From Octopus sinensis (taxonomy: Eukaryota): a stretch of DNA of 64,000 nucleotides. The stretch covers positions 42,842,001 through 42,906,000 of the forward strand of contig NC_043010.1 of the NCBI RefSeq assembly GCF_006345805.1, given 5' to 3'. A model generated the notes under the pieces. That model saw nothing but the letters and a program-made list of their open reading frames with translations, did not search any database and had not been told where the DNA came from. Positions 12,194-23,575 of this stretch are shown here, one piece after another; positions within the stretch are counted from its first letter, which is position 1, and every line of letters starts with the position of its first letter. The position numbers were made by a program, and so were the translations under genes.

Positions 12194-12326
12194 AAGTATC
12201 AAATATGATTCTCAGAGCAAGTAACCAAGGAAAACAATCTTGCTGGTAACTGCTCTTGATTGTCTAGACTGGAAAAAATATTGGACTTTTCTTGGTTACT
12301 TGTTCTGAGAATCATATTTGATACTT
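12194..12326. repeat. 36-bp inverted repeat with ~60-nt spacer
   Basis: AAGTATCAAATATGATTCTCAGAGCAAGTAACCAAG and its reverse complement, one mismatch. Confidence 0.9.
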
Positions 12327-12342
12327 ACTACTGTTCCAGACA

Positions 12343-12928
12343 AGGTCATTCGGAATGCTCACAGCAGCCATATTCCTACCGCTCTATGTCACACTGGTGA
12401 GACCCATATTGGAGTACAGGATTCAAGCCTCTTCTCCTTATCTCCTCAAAGACATACATCATCTCGAAAGAGTCCAGAAGCTGGCTACCCGCATGGTTCT
12501 TGGTCTCAAGCATTTGTCTTATGAAGAAAGGCTGAAGACGCTCGACCTTTATTCTCTAGAAAAACGCCGCCGCCGTGGTGATCTCATTCTTGCTCACATC
12601 ATAAGCGGAAAGTGTAACCTCTCAAAAGAGTTGTTCTTCACTCCAGCTCCAGAGCGTAGGCTGCGGGGTCACTCCGAGAAGCTCTATCTGCGACGATTTC
12701 ATCTCAATCGAAGGAGAGGGGCTTTCTCCATCCAGGTTGCAGATCGGTGGAATAAGCTGCCGGATGAGATAGTGAAGATGCTGACGACCGCTCGATTCAA
12801 AGTCTCTCTTGACCAGAAATGGCCTGAACTCTTTGCATGAACACCCCTGTACATAACTCCATGTCCCCCTACATGGCCTTGCGTTTTTGCTTTTTGAGCC
12901 ACAAAATTAACTTAACTTAACTTAACTA
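12343..12928 (+). mobile_element. CR1-clade LINE 3' end with (TTAAC)n tail
   Basis: LYVTLVRPILEY...LERVQ...LSYEERL...RRRRGDLI...WNKLP typical of CR1 ORF2 C-terminus; TTCCAGAC duplicated at both ends. Confidence 0.9.
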
Positions 12929-13752
12929 TTTCCAGACCAATGATTACACAAAGTCGTTTATGAAGTAAGAACACTTCTCAGGAAAAAAACTGACATACTG
13001 CTTTACTCCCTGCACATGACTTTCCTGCAGTTGTCACCTTGCAACAGTCTAGGCTGCAGTTAACAACATCAATATCACCAGTCTCCAAAAACCTGACCCG
13101 GAGAAAAGGCCAAGAGTACAGCCAGCTCCTTTCTCCAAATGAAACTAATAAGGAATTTGAGACTGGATCTAAAGCCAATAAGTTAGACAAATTTATCTTA
13201 TTCTGGAGATTTATCGACCCCATACCATCATGTACATGAATTCCTTCGGATAGTGATTCTTATTCCATTGATATGCAGATTCTTCACTGGCTGCCTCATT
13301 CTTCTTTTCAATCACATTATCTGTAACTAACAGTAAGTACATCATTGAGACAATAATATTTTCTAATACAACAAAATGTATTTCTAATGGGATGTCACCA
13401 ACATTACTTCGGGATGCAGTGAGATTTACAATACTAACCCATAACTGGCTTAAGAATACTGACGAAAGTTATAAAGTAAAATTATTTAGAAGTTTCCACA
13501 GTTTAAGACATATGAATGAGGTGGGATGTCATCGTTAAAAAAAGTGTTAGGAAACAAACTACCCAGCTGAGCCTGTTACATGTGTGCTTATTTCTGAGAG
13601 AAACTGTTTAAAAACAAAAACAAATATACAAAACAACAAAAAAAAATCAAAAAAAATCACTAGTATCAGTTTCAGTATGGTTGACAACTGTAACAAAGTG
13701 AGCTTCCATGTGACTTATAACAATAAACTAGAAACAAAGCCAAAACGCAGTC

Positions 13753-13766
13753 TGACGTCACTTCCT
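13753..13766 (-). promoter_or_regulatory. Overlapping ETS-CRE composite motif (AGGAAGTGACGTCA)
   Basis: Perfect CRE TGACGTCA overlapped by the ETS core GGAAGT. Confidence 0.45.
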
Positions 13767-16252
13767 ATTAGCTTGACAACTGTTACAAACTTATAATCGA
13801 TTTAGAAACGGATCGTGTTGAAAATAAACGACGATCAATCATTCCTTTTTTTTTTTTTGCTGGCTAGAAAGACATGTTCGAAGGTAAAATAAGTTAACGC
13901 AAAGTTTACTAAAAAAAAATCAATGTAATCAGTTCTGTCACTCATCACCTAACTTGGAAAGGGAGCTAAGTAATAAGCCATAAACTGAATCGATCAATTA
14001 TTATAGCAGATAAAAATATAAAAAGTGACTAATAACAAGAATAAGACGAGGGATCCGCTATAAAAGTAGAACAACACATCAGTATAACAATAATAAAGTA
14101 ATATACGCATACTATCTGCAACATAATCTTAGTCAAAATACGCCTTCTTTAGACAATACTATAATTAATACATTTGACACATTCAACCCAAATGTGGTGG
14201 CGTAAGATAAAATAAGTCAAATGAATCCAATTCCACTAAATATCAGCATATATTCTTGATAATGAAATAAAAATTGCAATTTAGAAATTAGAAATGCGTT
14301 GAATCAGCAGCAATCAGTATAAAACTAATAGCGAAAGAACTAGTTTCGATCATTCTGACTAACGTTATCAAAAGACCATTAATGCAAGTTATAAATCACT
14401 TATTAAGTGCACTCTTTATCTGTCATATCATACAATATTTTGATTATAATAAATTTGTTTATAACTTCCATCGTATTAAAACAAATTATTTGTACTAATA
14501 ATGGTGCCAAATGCGGATTTCTTTTTGAACAGAAAATGCTTAGGGTTAGATTCACTGAAATAAAGCGGGACAATGCGGTTGATTGTCTCAGACGGAGGAC
14601 ACAAATAATATGGAAAAGGCGGACAATAAGTCGGAGACCATTCCAGTGTCGTACTAACAACTCCCCATTCAAGAGAACAATCAACTATTTACTTGACACA
14701 GAAAATAGTTTTCTTTGTTACTAATCAATTTCTTATTTCGGATGAAAGTTTTGCGATTAAATACCATTCTCATCAGTTTCATTTATTATTTCAGCACAAT
14801 ATTCTATTTAGCAACTCGATTGAAATAAATTAACAAAACGAAGATATAAAAAAAATAATAATCGAAATAGCTTTAAATTCATAAAACTCTACGAAATAAA
14901 TGAAACTAAATAAGAGAAAAAGTAGAATAATAAGACATCTGAAAAGCGGCTTTGTAATAATTTTACTTGGTTTATCCCATAGAATATAATTGTGGTATGA
15001 GATAGTCGACGGAAATAGAAGTTAATTATATAAAATCAGGTCTTTAGAAGTGACCGGTTTTTTCAGTCGAAAGATCATTATAAAACGATGCAAAAACAAA
15101 GGAGAAATTAACTTCTAAAAAAATTATAATCATTGAAAATACCTTTTGAAGCATTATGAAGTGGTTTGACAGTGATCAATGGGGAAATTGGTGAGAGTTA
15201 AAGAGGAAACGATCAAAGCAGGTGTGAAGTGACCTCCATGTCGGTGCGAGATCTCGGTGTCTGCAGTTGTCTCCCCTTTGTTTATGTCGAAATTAGACAT
15301 GATCCCCATCCCTTAAAAAAATGGCTGCATATGAAACGATGAAAAACTTCACCACTAGCTTACAATGTAAGTACACTTCGCTGCCAACTTGTCACTATCC
15401 GACTTAGACATATGAACGGCGGGTCATTGTAATGTTTCTTCCGTATGTTACTCAAACAGTTGCTTGATTTTTATTTATATTAACACTACGTAAGCACGCT
15501 GAAATATTTCATGATTGAAGTCACACACACACATATATATATATATACGCACATACACACATATACACACACATATATACACACATACACATATACGTGT
15601 GTATGTATATATGTATGTATATATATATAAAAGTTTAGGGAATAGCTAGTGATGGTAGATTTTCTTTAGGTTTAGAATGTCTGTAGACATTGGTTAGACT
15701 AACTGAATCCGTTACTACTTTTCTCTATAAATTATTTCATTGACTGAGTTGTGATTTGGATAAACTCTAAATGTTCAGTATGTCTAATTTCGAATAGCAA
15801 GTCTGCTGGGAGTGACTCGGGGCCATTTAATGAATAGATTTTATAACTTAAAATGACAGCAGTTCCACACATACACATACGAAAAATAGTGAGTGTTATG
15901 TTTTCGTAAATATATTATCTAATGGATTCTTATATTTGAAGTGTTCTTATATATGTCTATTGATGTTTTTAATTGATAATTACAGTGTTCGCTGCAATAT
16001 ATTGTTTTCTTCCTGCGATATTTTCGTAAATATGTTTAAAATGTAGCACTTAACTGAAATTAGTGTTTCGCTATAAAACAAGAAACAACATTGATATTTA
16101 AAAATATGCAACAGATATAGCATGCAAGGATTTTTATTTTAATTAGGTTATATAATTCAGTTTAAACACCGGCCATTTGGTTCACTGGTTTGATCATTCC
16201 CAGTGGTTTGCCGTAATGATTTCTCTTTCATATTTCACTATCATTTTCCCAG

Positions 16253-16302
16253 ATGATATGGATAATATTTCGATGCTTCACTTTGTGAGTTGCGATCATG
16301 GG
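16253..16302 (+). other. Candidate 50-nt 5' exon of ZNF2
   Basis: cattttcccag| ... GG|GTAAGT, both consensus splice sites. Confidence 0.45.
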
Positions 16303-17049
16303 GTAAGTATGCTTAGAATTGAACACTGTCTTCTCTAGTTAATATAATACCTCAACACCTTTTGAAATTAAGTACTTTTCGAAAAAGAAATAAGATTGAA
16401 TAATTCTGTTTATGAAACTGAAATTTTAAGTTTTTCCGTATACATTTCGTATCAGTGTTGGTGGGCCTTTGGATTGCATTTTCATTCATTCTTTATTTTT
16501 TTTTTATAAATTTGTATCTCATGAAAATATTTCATGTGCTGAAAGTTTTAAATGCCGAGAAATTTAGATAGTTTGAAATTTTCGGAAATTATAATCCAAA
16601 GCAAGATATGAATATAAAGCTGTATTTACACTTACAAGCAACTACCATCAAAACTCTTAATTTTTCGAACTCGTTTGCTTTGCATGGATAATGAAGTTAC
16701 CTTTACTATATAACATTTGTTAAAGAGATCTACTTTTTCTTTTCACTAATGCCAATGACAATTACTTCTTTTAAAAATACTTTATTCAAAAGTTGCAGCA
16801 TTTACAAGAATTTCTTAAAAGTTAAACTTTTAAACAGAAACATCATGAATACCAGTAGTATACGAAGGGGAATCAATTTTCCATATCATTTGTAAAAATT
16901 GGTTTTGAGTCTTGCCAAAAGAAACCGCTTTTAGATAACATTTTCTCATGTAAGAACAATTTTTTTCAAGTTTTAAATTTAAATGACACATGGTAACATG
17001 TTTCCTAACTTGTGCGGTAGGTACATCATGCTACCCGGTTTAACACTAC

Positions 17050-18200
17050 AACCTGATCCGTAAAAGCCTTTAAAAGAGTTTACTCTGTTGCAAACCTCCA
17101 TACCTAAGACCTAGCTCACGACACGAAGTTAGCATGACCTCACAAAGAGCTGATACCTCCCACACTTCATTAGATACCAGAAATAAAAACAATTCTCCTT
17201 CCTTCTCTCTAACATCCATGAACACCAATATCACCTCTAACTGCACATCTTGTTTCTCTAAGACAAATGTTATCTTATCAGTCTCTACTGTAAGGATATA
17301 CTCTTTTCACTCAAAGTTCGTACTGAAAGTTGTATCTACATACATAAATTTCCCTCTCCCTGACATTCATCTCTTTCACCTGGATCTCAGTCGTGAAGAC
17401 TTCCAGTTACTCTGGCTCAAAGCCAGCCTTCCCACCTCTAAATTTGCTTCCTCTACTGTTCCTCCAACTTCTCAAACTACTAACAACTTTTCAACCATTG
17501 AGAAAACCTAGCTCACCTTCACTCCTCTCTGAAGTCATTCAGTGAAGACTTCAATGCTCACAACTCTTCTTTGGCTCTCATACACATCCCGTATTGATGC
17601 TGCCAATGCAGAAACCAGTCTTTTCACCCCTCAACTCTGTGCATCAACAAGCTTCAAAGCTACTTACATCCTTAACTAACACATAGACACTCCAGACTCC
17701 CTTGGTCACTTTCTCACCTAAATCCATCCTCTACCAGACAAAAACTTTCTCTGCAACCATCAAACCATCAGGTCGTCTGATTACTATCTTATTACAACTA
17801 CCCACTATAAATGCACATATCATGCAATGCCCTCCACTCCACATATACATGTCCCTGATCCTATGGCATTTCAAGTTAACCAACTAACAGAATTCCACTT
17901 ATTCTAGCCCTGACAGCACATGTACTTCATTTCTGACACATCAGAAACACCAGATGGCTTGCTAAAGCCATCCTGTTTGACATGTCTTCCCACATCTCAC
18001 ACAGCAAAACCTTGGTGAGTTACTGAAACCATCTTCTTAAACATGTCTTCCTACATGCCACAACAAAACTCGAGAAAATCACCCACTTTACAAACTAGAC
18101 AGCTCTTACCCAATATCATAATTCCTGTAAGACCATCCAAACTGAAATGGTTGCCTCTGTGCACTGCAGAGCCATCAAGCTCTCCTACTTCTGCCATAAT
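17050..18200 (+). mobile_element. Highly degraded LINE (endonuclease region)
   Basis: GACTTCAATGCTCACAAC (GDFNAH-like); similar to 19.8-20.8 kb. Confidence 0.5.
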
Positions 18201-18672
18201 ATCATCAGTTCCTTCCTAAAAGAAATTAACAGAGTCCAATTCTTATCACAGCTTCAAAATCTGGACTGAATCAATTCTGTTATTCTTAGAGATTGCATGA
18301 GTCAACTCATTTTTGTGAATTTGATAAAATTAGAGCTATAGCACAAAGTCCAAAAGAAGATACAATTCAAATGAGGCTCTTAGAAGCATGCAATCATCTA
18401 AGCATCATGTAAAAGTTTTAGAATATTTTTTTAGTCCAGTAATCTGAAACTTAATGCCTGCATTGAATTGGTTCAACACTCTGAAATGAAACTTCTGATC
18501 CAACAAATAAAAGACGAATGAAGTCTGAAGTTAAACACTTTGCCAGACCCCTCAGCTGAAAGCTCTGCTAATCACAAGAGCAACAACAGTGCTTTTGCTA
18601 AAGTTCTTGAAGGCAAGAGACCACTGGTGGATTCTGGACAAAAGCAAATCTCCAGTAGTACTGGCTTAGAAG

Positions 18673-18888
18673 CAGGGCTGTGGAGTCAAAACAAAAAACT
18701 TTGACTCTGACTCCGACCCCTCTTTATGTAATTAAGTGATTGTGGTCTACATATCTCATAAAGCATATGCATATACTTGTACTTTGTGTAGACCCATATG
18801 TTATAGCCGGTTTATATTAAAGAATAATGATATTGTGAGTTGGAGTTGGTGTCAGTCAAACTACACCAACTCTGACTCCACAGTCCTG
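18673..18888. mobile_element. hAT-type MITE
   Basis: TIR CAGGGCTGTGGAGTC / GACTCCACAGTCCTG; 8-bp TSD CTTAGAAG. Confidence 0.85.
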
Positions 18889-19819
18889 CTTAGAAGCCAT
18901 GCTAATGGTGAGAAAGGAATAGTTGTTTGATTTTGTTTTATAAATTGGAGAGAGAAAGGTTGTATGTAAAACCACTGTGAATAGATTGAGGAAATTGAAA
19001 ATAATAATTCTGCAAGTATTTATGAAATTGGTCTAAAAATATTTGAACTGTAATCCCTTAGAATATTTGGATGGATTTGAATAAACCAGTGAGTTCATAT
19101 TAAAACAAATTAATGATCTGTCATTGAAATTTTGGAAAAGTTTGATGCATTAATGGAACCAAATAAGGACAATGGTGTGAGTATCATTGTGTTGTTGCTG
19201 AATGGAAGAAAAATCATGGATAGATGAAATGAATGAGATGAAGTTCCAGTATAGTTTGGAAGATAGATTGGTTTTAAGCTATTGTTGGTTTTCAAAGAAA
19301 ATATCAGAATATGTTATTCGGAGGTGACACTGTTGTCAGTATACATTAAACTATTTGTTGTATTGAAACTGAAAAGGTTCCACTTGGAGGAGGGACTAAA
19401 CAGGCATCTCCTTCAGTAGCTGTGTTTACTACAAATGCACATCTCTGATCTGGAGACTGTAAAGTGAGCTTAGATGAAAATTTGTTTAGATTCTTATCCA
19501 ACTGCAATTACTTAATCAGTATTTCATTCTACTTCTGACATAAATTATATTGATTGATTGATTTTGAAGGGTTTGTGTCATCAGATAGAAATGTATTCTG
19601 AAGTGAGAAAAGTTACAACAATATATACACCAAGGAATCCTTTTAACAAGGACAAATCTTATGGAAATAAAACTGCCAGTATGTAGTTTCAGAGAGCAAT
19701 TGAACATGTTGGAAATGACATAGATGTTATTATTTATGAAGATGATGCAAATATTGGTGATAAAACTATTTGGTGTATCATGTCAGTATAGCCATTGTAT
19801 CACCTTTGGGTGCTTTTAG

Positions 19820-22315
19820 TGGAGTTCACTCTGTTGCAAGCTCTCAGATCCATGCACAATCACCAAACCAAACATCCTGTCTCTATGAGATGCAAATTTT
19901 GCAATCCCTCTTTACAACCCCCCTCTGCTAACCAGGATACACTCTCTGTTCAAATTTCACTCTGCACATATGTAAACTACTCTCTCTGTCTTTCACTTGC
20001 ATTTCAGCAATAATGACTTACAGTTATTTAAAGTCAAAATTTTCCTCCTTCATTCGCTTTGTACGTCTGCTCCTTTTGTTGCTTTCTGAATTCCTTGAAT
20101 CACTGGTGAATCTTTAATCACATCCCCTTTTGCATTGTGAACATATATCTCACCTTTCCCCTCTGTCTGAAGTCATATTTGGTAACTTCAATGCTCACAA
20201 CTCCTTTTGGCTCTCACACTCATTCCACACTGATGCTTTCAGCACAGAAACCTTACTTGCATTCCAGACCAACACACAGACACCCAAAACACTCTGGATC
20301 TCTTTCTCACCTTGAAATTTATCCTCTGTCAAACTGTGACAGTCTCAGGTCATCTGTTGTTGCTTCATCGCAACTGCCCAATAAACACAGTCACATACTC
20401 ACACAGCCTCCCTTTACCTGCAAGTCAGCCAAGTGTTTGAAGCTCCACTAATTTTATGCTAATAGTCTCTGGCTGTACATATACTTTGCACCTGACCCAC
20501 CAGAAACAGATAGGCTGATGATTAAACCCATCCTTTTAGACATATTTCTCTACATTCCACACACAACAAAATCTCAGTGACCCAAGTTCCCTAAGTAGTT
20601 TACTCATAGCTGCATTGAAGCTGATAGGACAAAAAGCACAGCCTACAATGCATGAAGAAAATTACCCTCTGCTCAAAACTAAGTGGTATTCACTACACAA
20701 CTCTTGTAAGACCATTATCTTATATATAAAGAACACCTTTGCACATTACATGGCCCTCTCGCTTTCCCACCTCCCAGATTGCAACCTAAGCTTTCCAATC
20801 CTTCGCCAAAAGAATATACATTAACTTTGCAAGGTCCTCTTTCCCCGTCTTCTAAACATTGATGGTTTTATAAGCAGTACCTTCATGGAAGAAGTCTCTA
20901 TTTTTCCCACCTCCCAGATTGCAACTAAGCTTTCCGATCCCTTGCCAAAAACATTAACTTTGCAAGGTCCTCTTTCCCCATCTTCTAAACATTGATGGTT
21001 TTATAAGCAGTACCTTCATGGAAGAAGTCTATTTTTACTTCCCATTTCTAACTCCACACTACATACCCTTGGCAAATCTCTTTTAAAACTACCTACTTCA
21101 ACTGCATCAGGCCCAAGTGTGAAAATACTTCCAGTTACTTCAGACCGGCAAAACTACTATTGACCCTGACACTCTCTTCCATCAGAACTTACTCCTATCT
21201 TCACTGAACCTTTTAATCTCTCACTCTCTATTGGCAACATTTGGAAGCATGCTTCAGTGTGTCTCATTCCAAAATTGGGTATCTCCTCTGACTGTCTCAA
21301 TTATTGTTCGATTGCTCTCGCCTGTAACATTACTCAGACAATGGAGGCAGTCATTTAACAGTGATCTATAAAACTTAAATCTCTTTCTTTCCTCAGTGAC
21401 CACCAGTATATCTTGTGTGGAGCCAGATCCATTCTTCTCTTTACTATCATTAACTCGTAGTCTCTCACTTAAGAGCATTTAAGTAATACAATCCAGTGTC
21501 TTAGACATCAATAAAGCCTTTGAACATTGCCTGATTTGTAAATCTCCTATGAAAAGCTCCCACCCTAGGGCTCACTCATTTCGTATTTTGGGTCAATAGC
21601 TTCCTCTATCATCATACCATAGCAACATGTTGACAGACCTTTCTCTGCTCCTCTCATAATCAGCTCCTCAGGTTTCAGAAGTGTCTCTCACTGTCTCTCT
21701 TCTATACTTTAATGTCCTATTTGCTGCCACATCACTCGTATGCAAATTATATGACTCTTTATTCCTCCCTAATCTTTTCCAGCCATTGCATCATCCACAC
21801 ACAACCATGACACTACATGCTAAACTTGCATTGATTCCATGAATGGAGAGTTTGAGAGCATCATTCAGTAGGGTTCTGCCAATCTTATCTTTTTTAACAG
21901 CCAAAAAAAAACAAAACAAACAAAAAAACTCAAGCACTTTCATATCAAGAAAACCTCACCAAACCATACTACTACTAAACATGAGTGGCACTGAACTAGA
22001 TCCCACATCAGTTGTGGCTTCAAAATCACATTAACATAGTTAGGATTATATCCTAAAGACTGTCCTTTTTCTTCAAGGTCCCTCATCTCTAACATTGCTG
22101 ACACTCTACAAGGCTCAAGTGAGGCCCACAGTGATGTTTTGCTCTCATATCTAGTATTGTGCTGCTGCTAAGCACACAAATATCCTAGTCTACATCCAGA
22201 GAAAGGTTGCTTGACTGATTGACATTAAATCACTAAGACATGTTCCAGCCTCTGGCCCACAGGCATGTTGTCTCCTCTTCATTCCTTTTCTGTTACTACT
22301 ATAATGGCCTTTTGT
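19820..22315 (+). mobile_element. Degraded LINE ORF2 (endonuclease + RT relics); its 3' end continues at about 24485-24720
   Basis: FGNFNAH motif, LDINKAF- and LYKAQVRP-like relics, ELAGLIPP after the LTR element. Confidence 0.6.
20763..21036. repeat. ~135-bp near-identical tandem duplication inside the LINE relic
   Basis: TTCCCACCTCCCAGATTGCAAC...GGAAGAAGTCT occurs twice in tandem. Confidence 0.9.
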
Positions 22316-23207
22316 TGTAGGAAATTAGTAATAATAGTACACCTCTCCTATGTGACAAGTGGAATGAGTCAGTCACTATAAGTAAGATGAGAATTGGGAG
22401 AGTACATAGAGCACAAGAGTACTTGTAGGTTGTGTTGATAGTCATGTCTGTACTGATCTAGTCATTATACTGCGATACTGAGTGGACATAATCATAATCC
22501 AACCTTTGGAGGATAATAACACTATGACTGCAGGTTGTACAGTGCCAGACAGAAACATCCTGTCGATGACTTTGGAATATAACAATATCTGTCAGATCGG
22601 CAACTGTCATAATGACAGATATAATAGTGGCAACAAGGATAAACCAATTCACGTAGAGTTAATGAACTCACAAAGATTGTTGTACAAATTTTATGAAAAA
22701 TTGTGAAGGTATGGAAAATTTGTTGGCGGGTTTGCTTAAGTTGCAAAACAGCAAGAACAACAACAATTAATATTACAGCAACAAATGCTGCAATTACTGA
22801 AGTTGTCAGAAAAGCCAGAAAAAGTGTTCTCACCAGGCTATGTTGCGAATTCAATTACTGAATTCAAATGCAAACTTGATGAAGGAGTTACCTTCGAAGC
22901 ACACTACAGAAGGTATGAGAAAATTTGCAAGAAAAAATGTAAAGATTGGGACAATGAGATGAAAACTTGCTTTATCTTGAGAAAACTGTCTCCAACAGAA
23001 CATGAACGAAACAATAATTTTGTACTTCTAAGAAAACTGTCTGACATAAAGTTAAATGACACAATAGATATATTGTGTAAGATTTTCAGTGAAAAAAGCT
23101 CATTGTTCAATACATGTTGGAAGTGTCTGAGCATAGAGAAAAACAACAAAGACTCTATCACATGTGCTAGTAAGCAGGGAATGCAAGAAGTTTAAGCTGG
23201 ATAAATT

Positions 23208-23352
23208 AACATTATTTACATTTGACGGATATTTGCCCTCATCTTGTTTGTTGTTAACACAATGTTTCGGCTGATATACCCTCCAACCTTCCTCAGGTGT
23301 CTTGGGGAAATTTTGAATCTGAGTTCTCATTCCTAAGGTATTTTTTTGATGG

Positions 23353-23386
<34 letters not shown>

Positions 23387-23575
23387 CAGGTCACTGCCTG
23401 GAATGGAACTCGGAATCTTGGGGTTAGTAGCTCGCGCTTTTAACCACTACACCATATGCCCGGGCATATGGTGTAGTTGTTAAGAGCTCGGGGCTACTAA
23501 CCCCAAGATTCCGAGTTCCATTCCAGGCAGTGACTTGAATAATAATAATAATAATATCGAAAAATACCTTAGGAA
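23208..23575 (-). mobile_element. tRNA-headed, hammerhead-containing short retroelement with inverted duplication of its 5' part
   Basis: A box TGGTGTAGTGG, B-like box GAGTTCCATTCC, (AAT)n linker, hammerhead core; palindrome centred 23461/23462. Confidence 0.7.
23256..23301 (-). ncRNA. Minimal type-I hammerhead ribozyme (degenerate copy)
   Basis: GACAC-CUGAGGA-A-GGUUG(loop)CAGCC-GAAAC-AUU-GUGUU; stems I and II pair. Confidence 0.6.

Larger units (their letters stand above)
13700..16700. promoter_or_regulatory. CpG-retaining, TE-poor region; putative bidirectional promoter of the two ZNF genes
   Basis: CpGs visibly more frequent than in the flanks; outward-facing donors (- AAG|GTATTT 15142, + AAT|GTAAGT 15367); YY1-like AAAATGGCTGC at 15318; palindrome CGAGATCTCG 15247-15256. 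Confidence 0.6.

Noticed and set aside
14403-14724. Overlapping 93/105-aa ORFs in the promoter region
   Set aside because: No domain or coding-like features; compatible with chance
23462-23535. Functional tRNA gene
   Set aside because: B box altered, acceptor stem does not pair, no T-run terminator; it is a retroelement head
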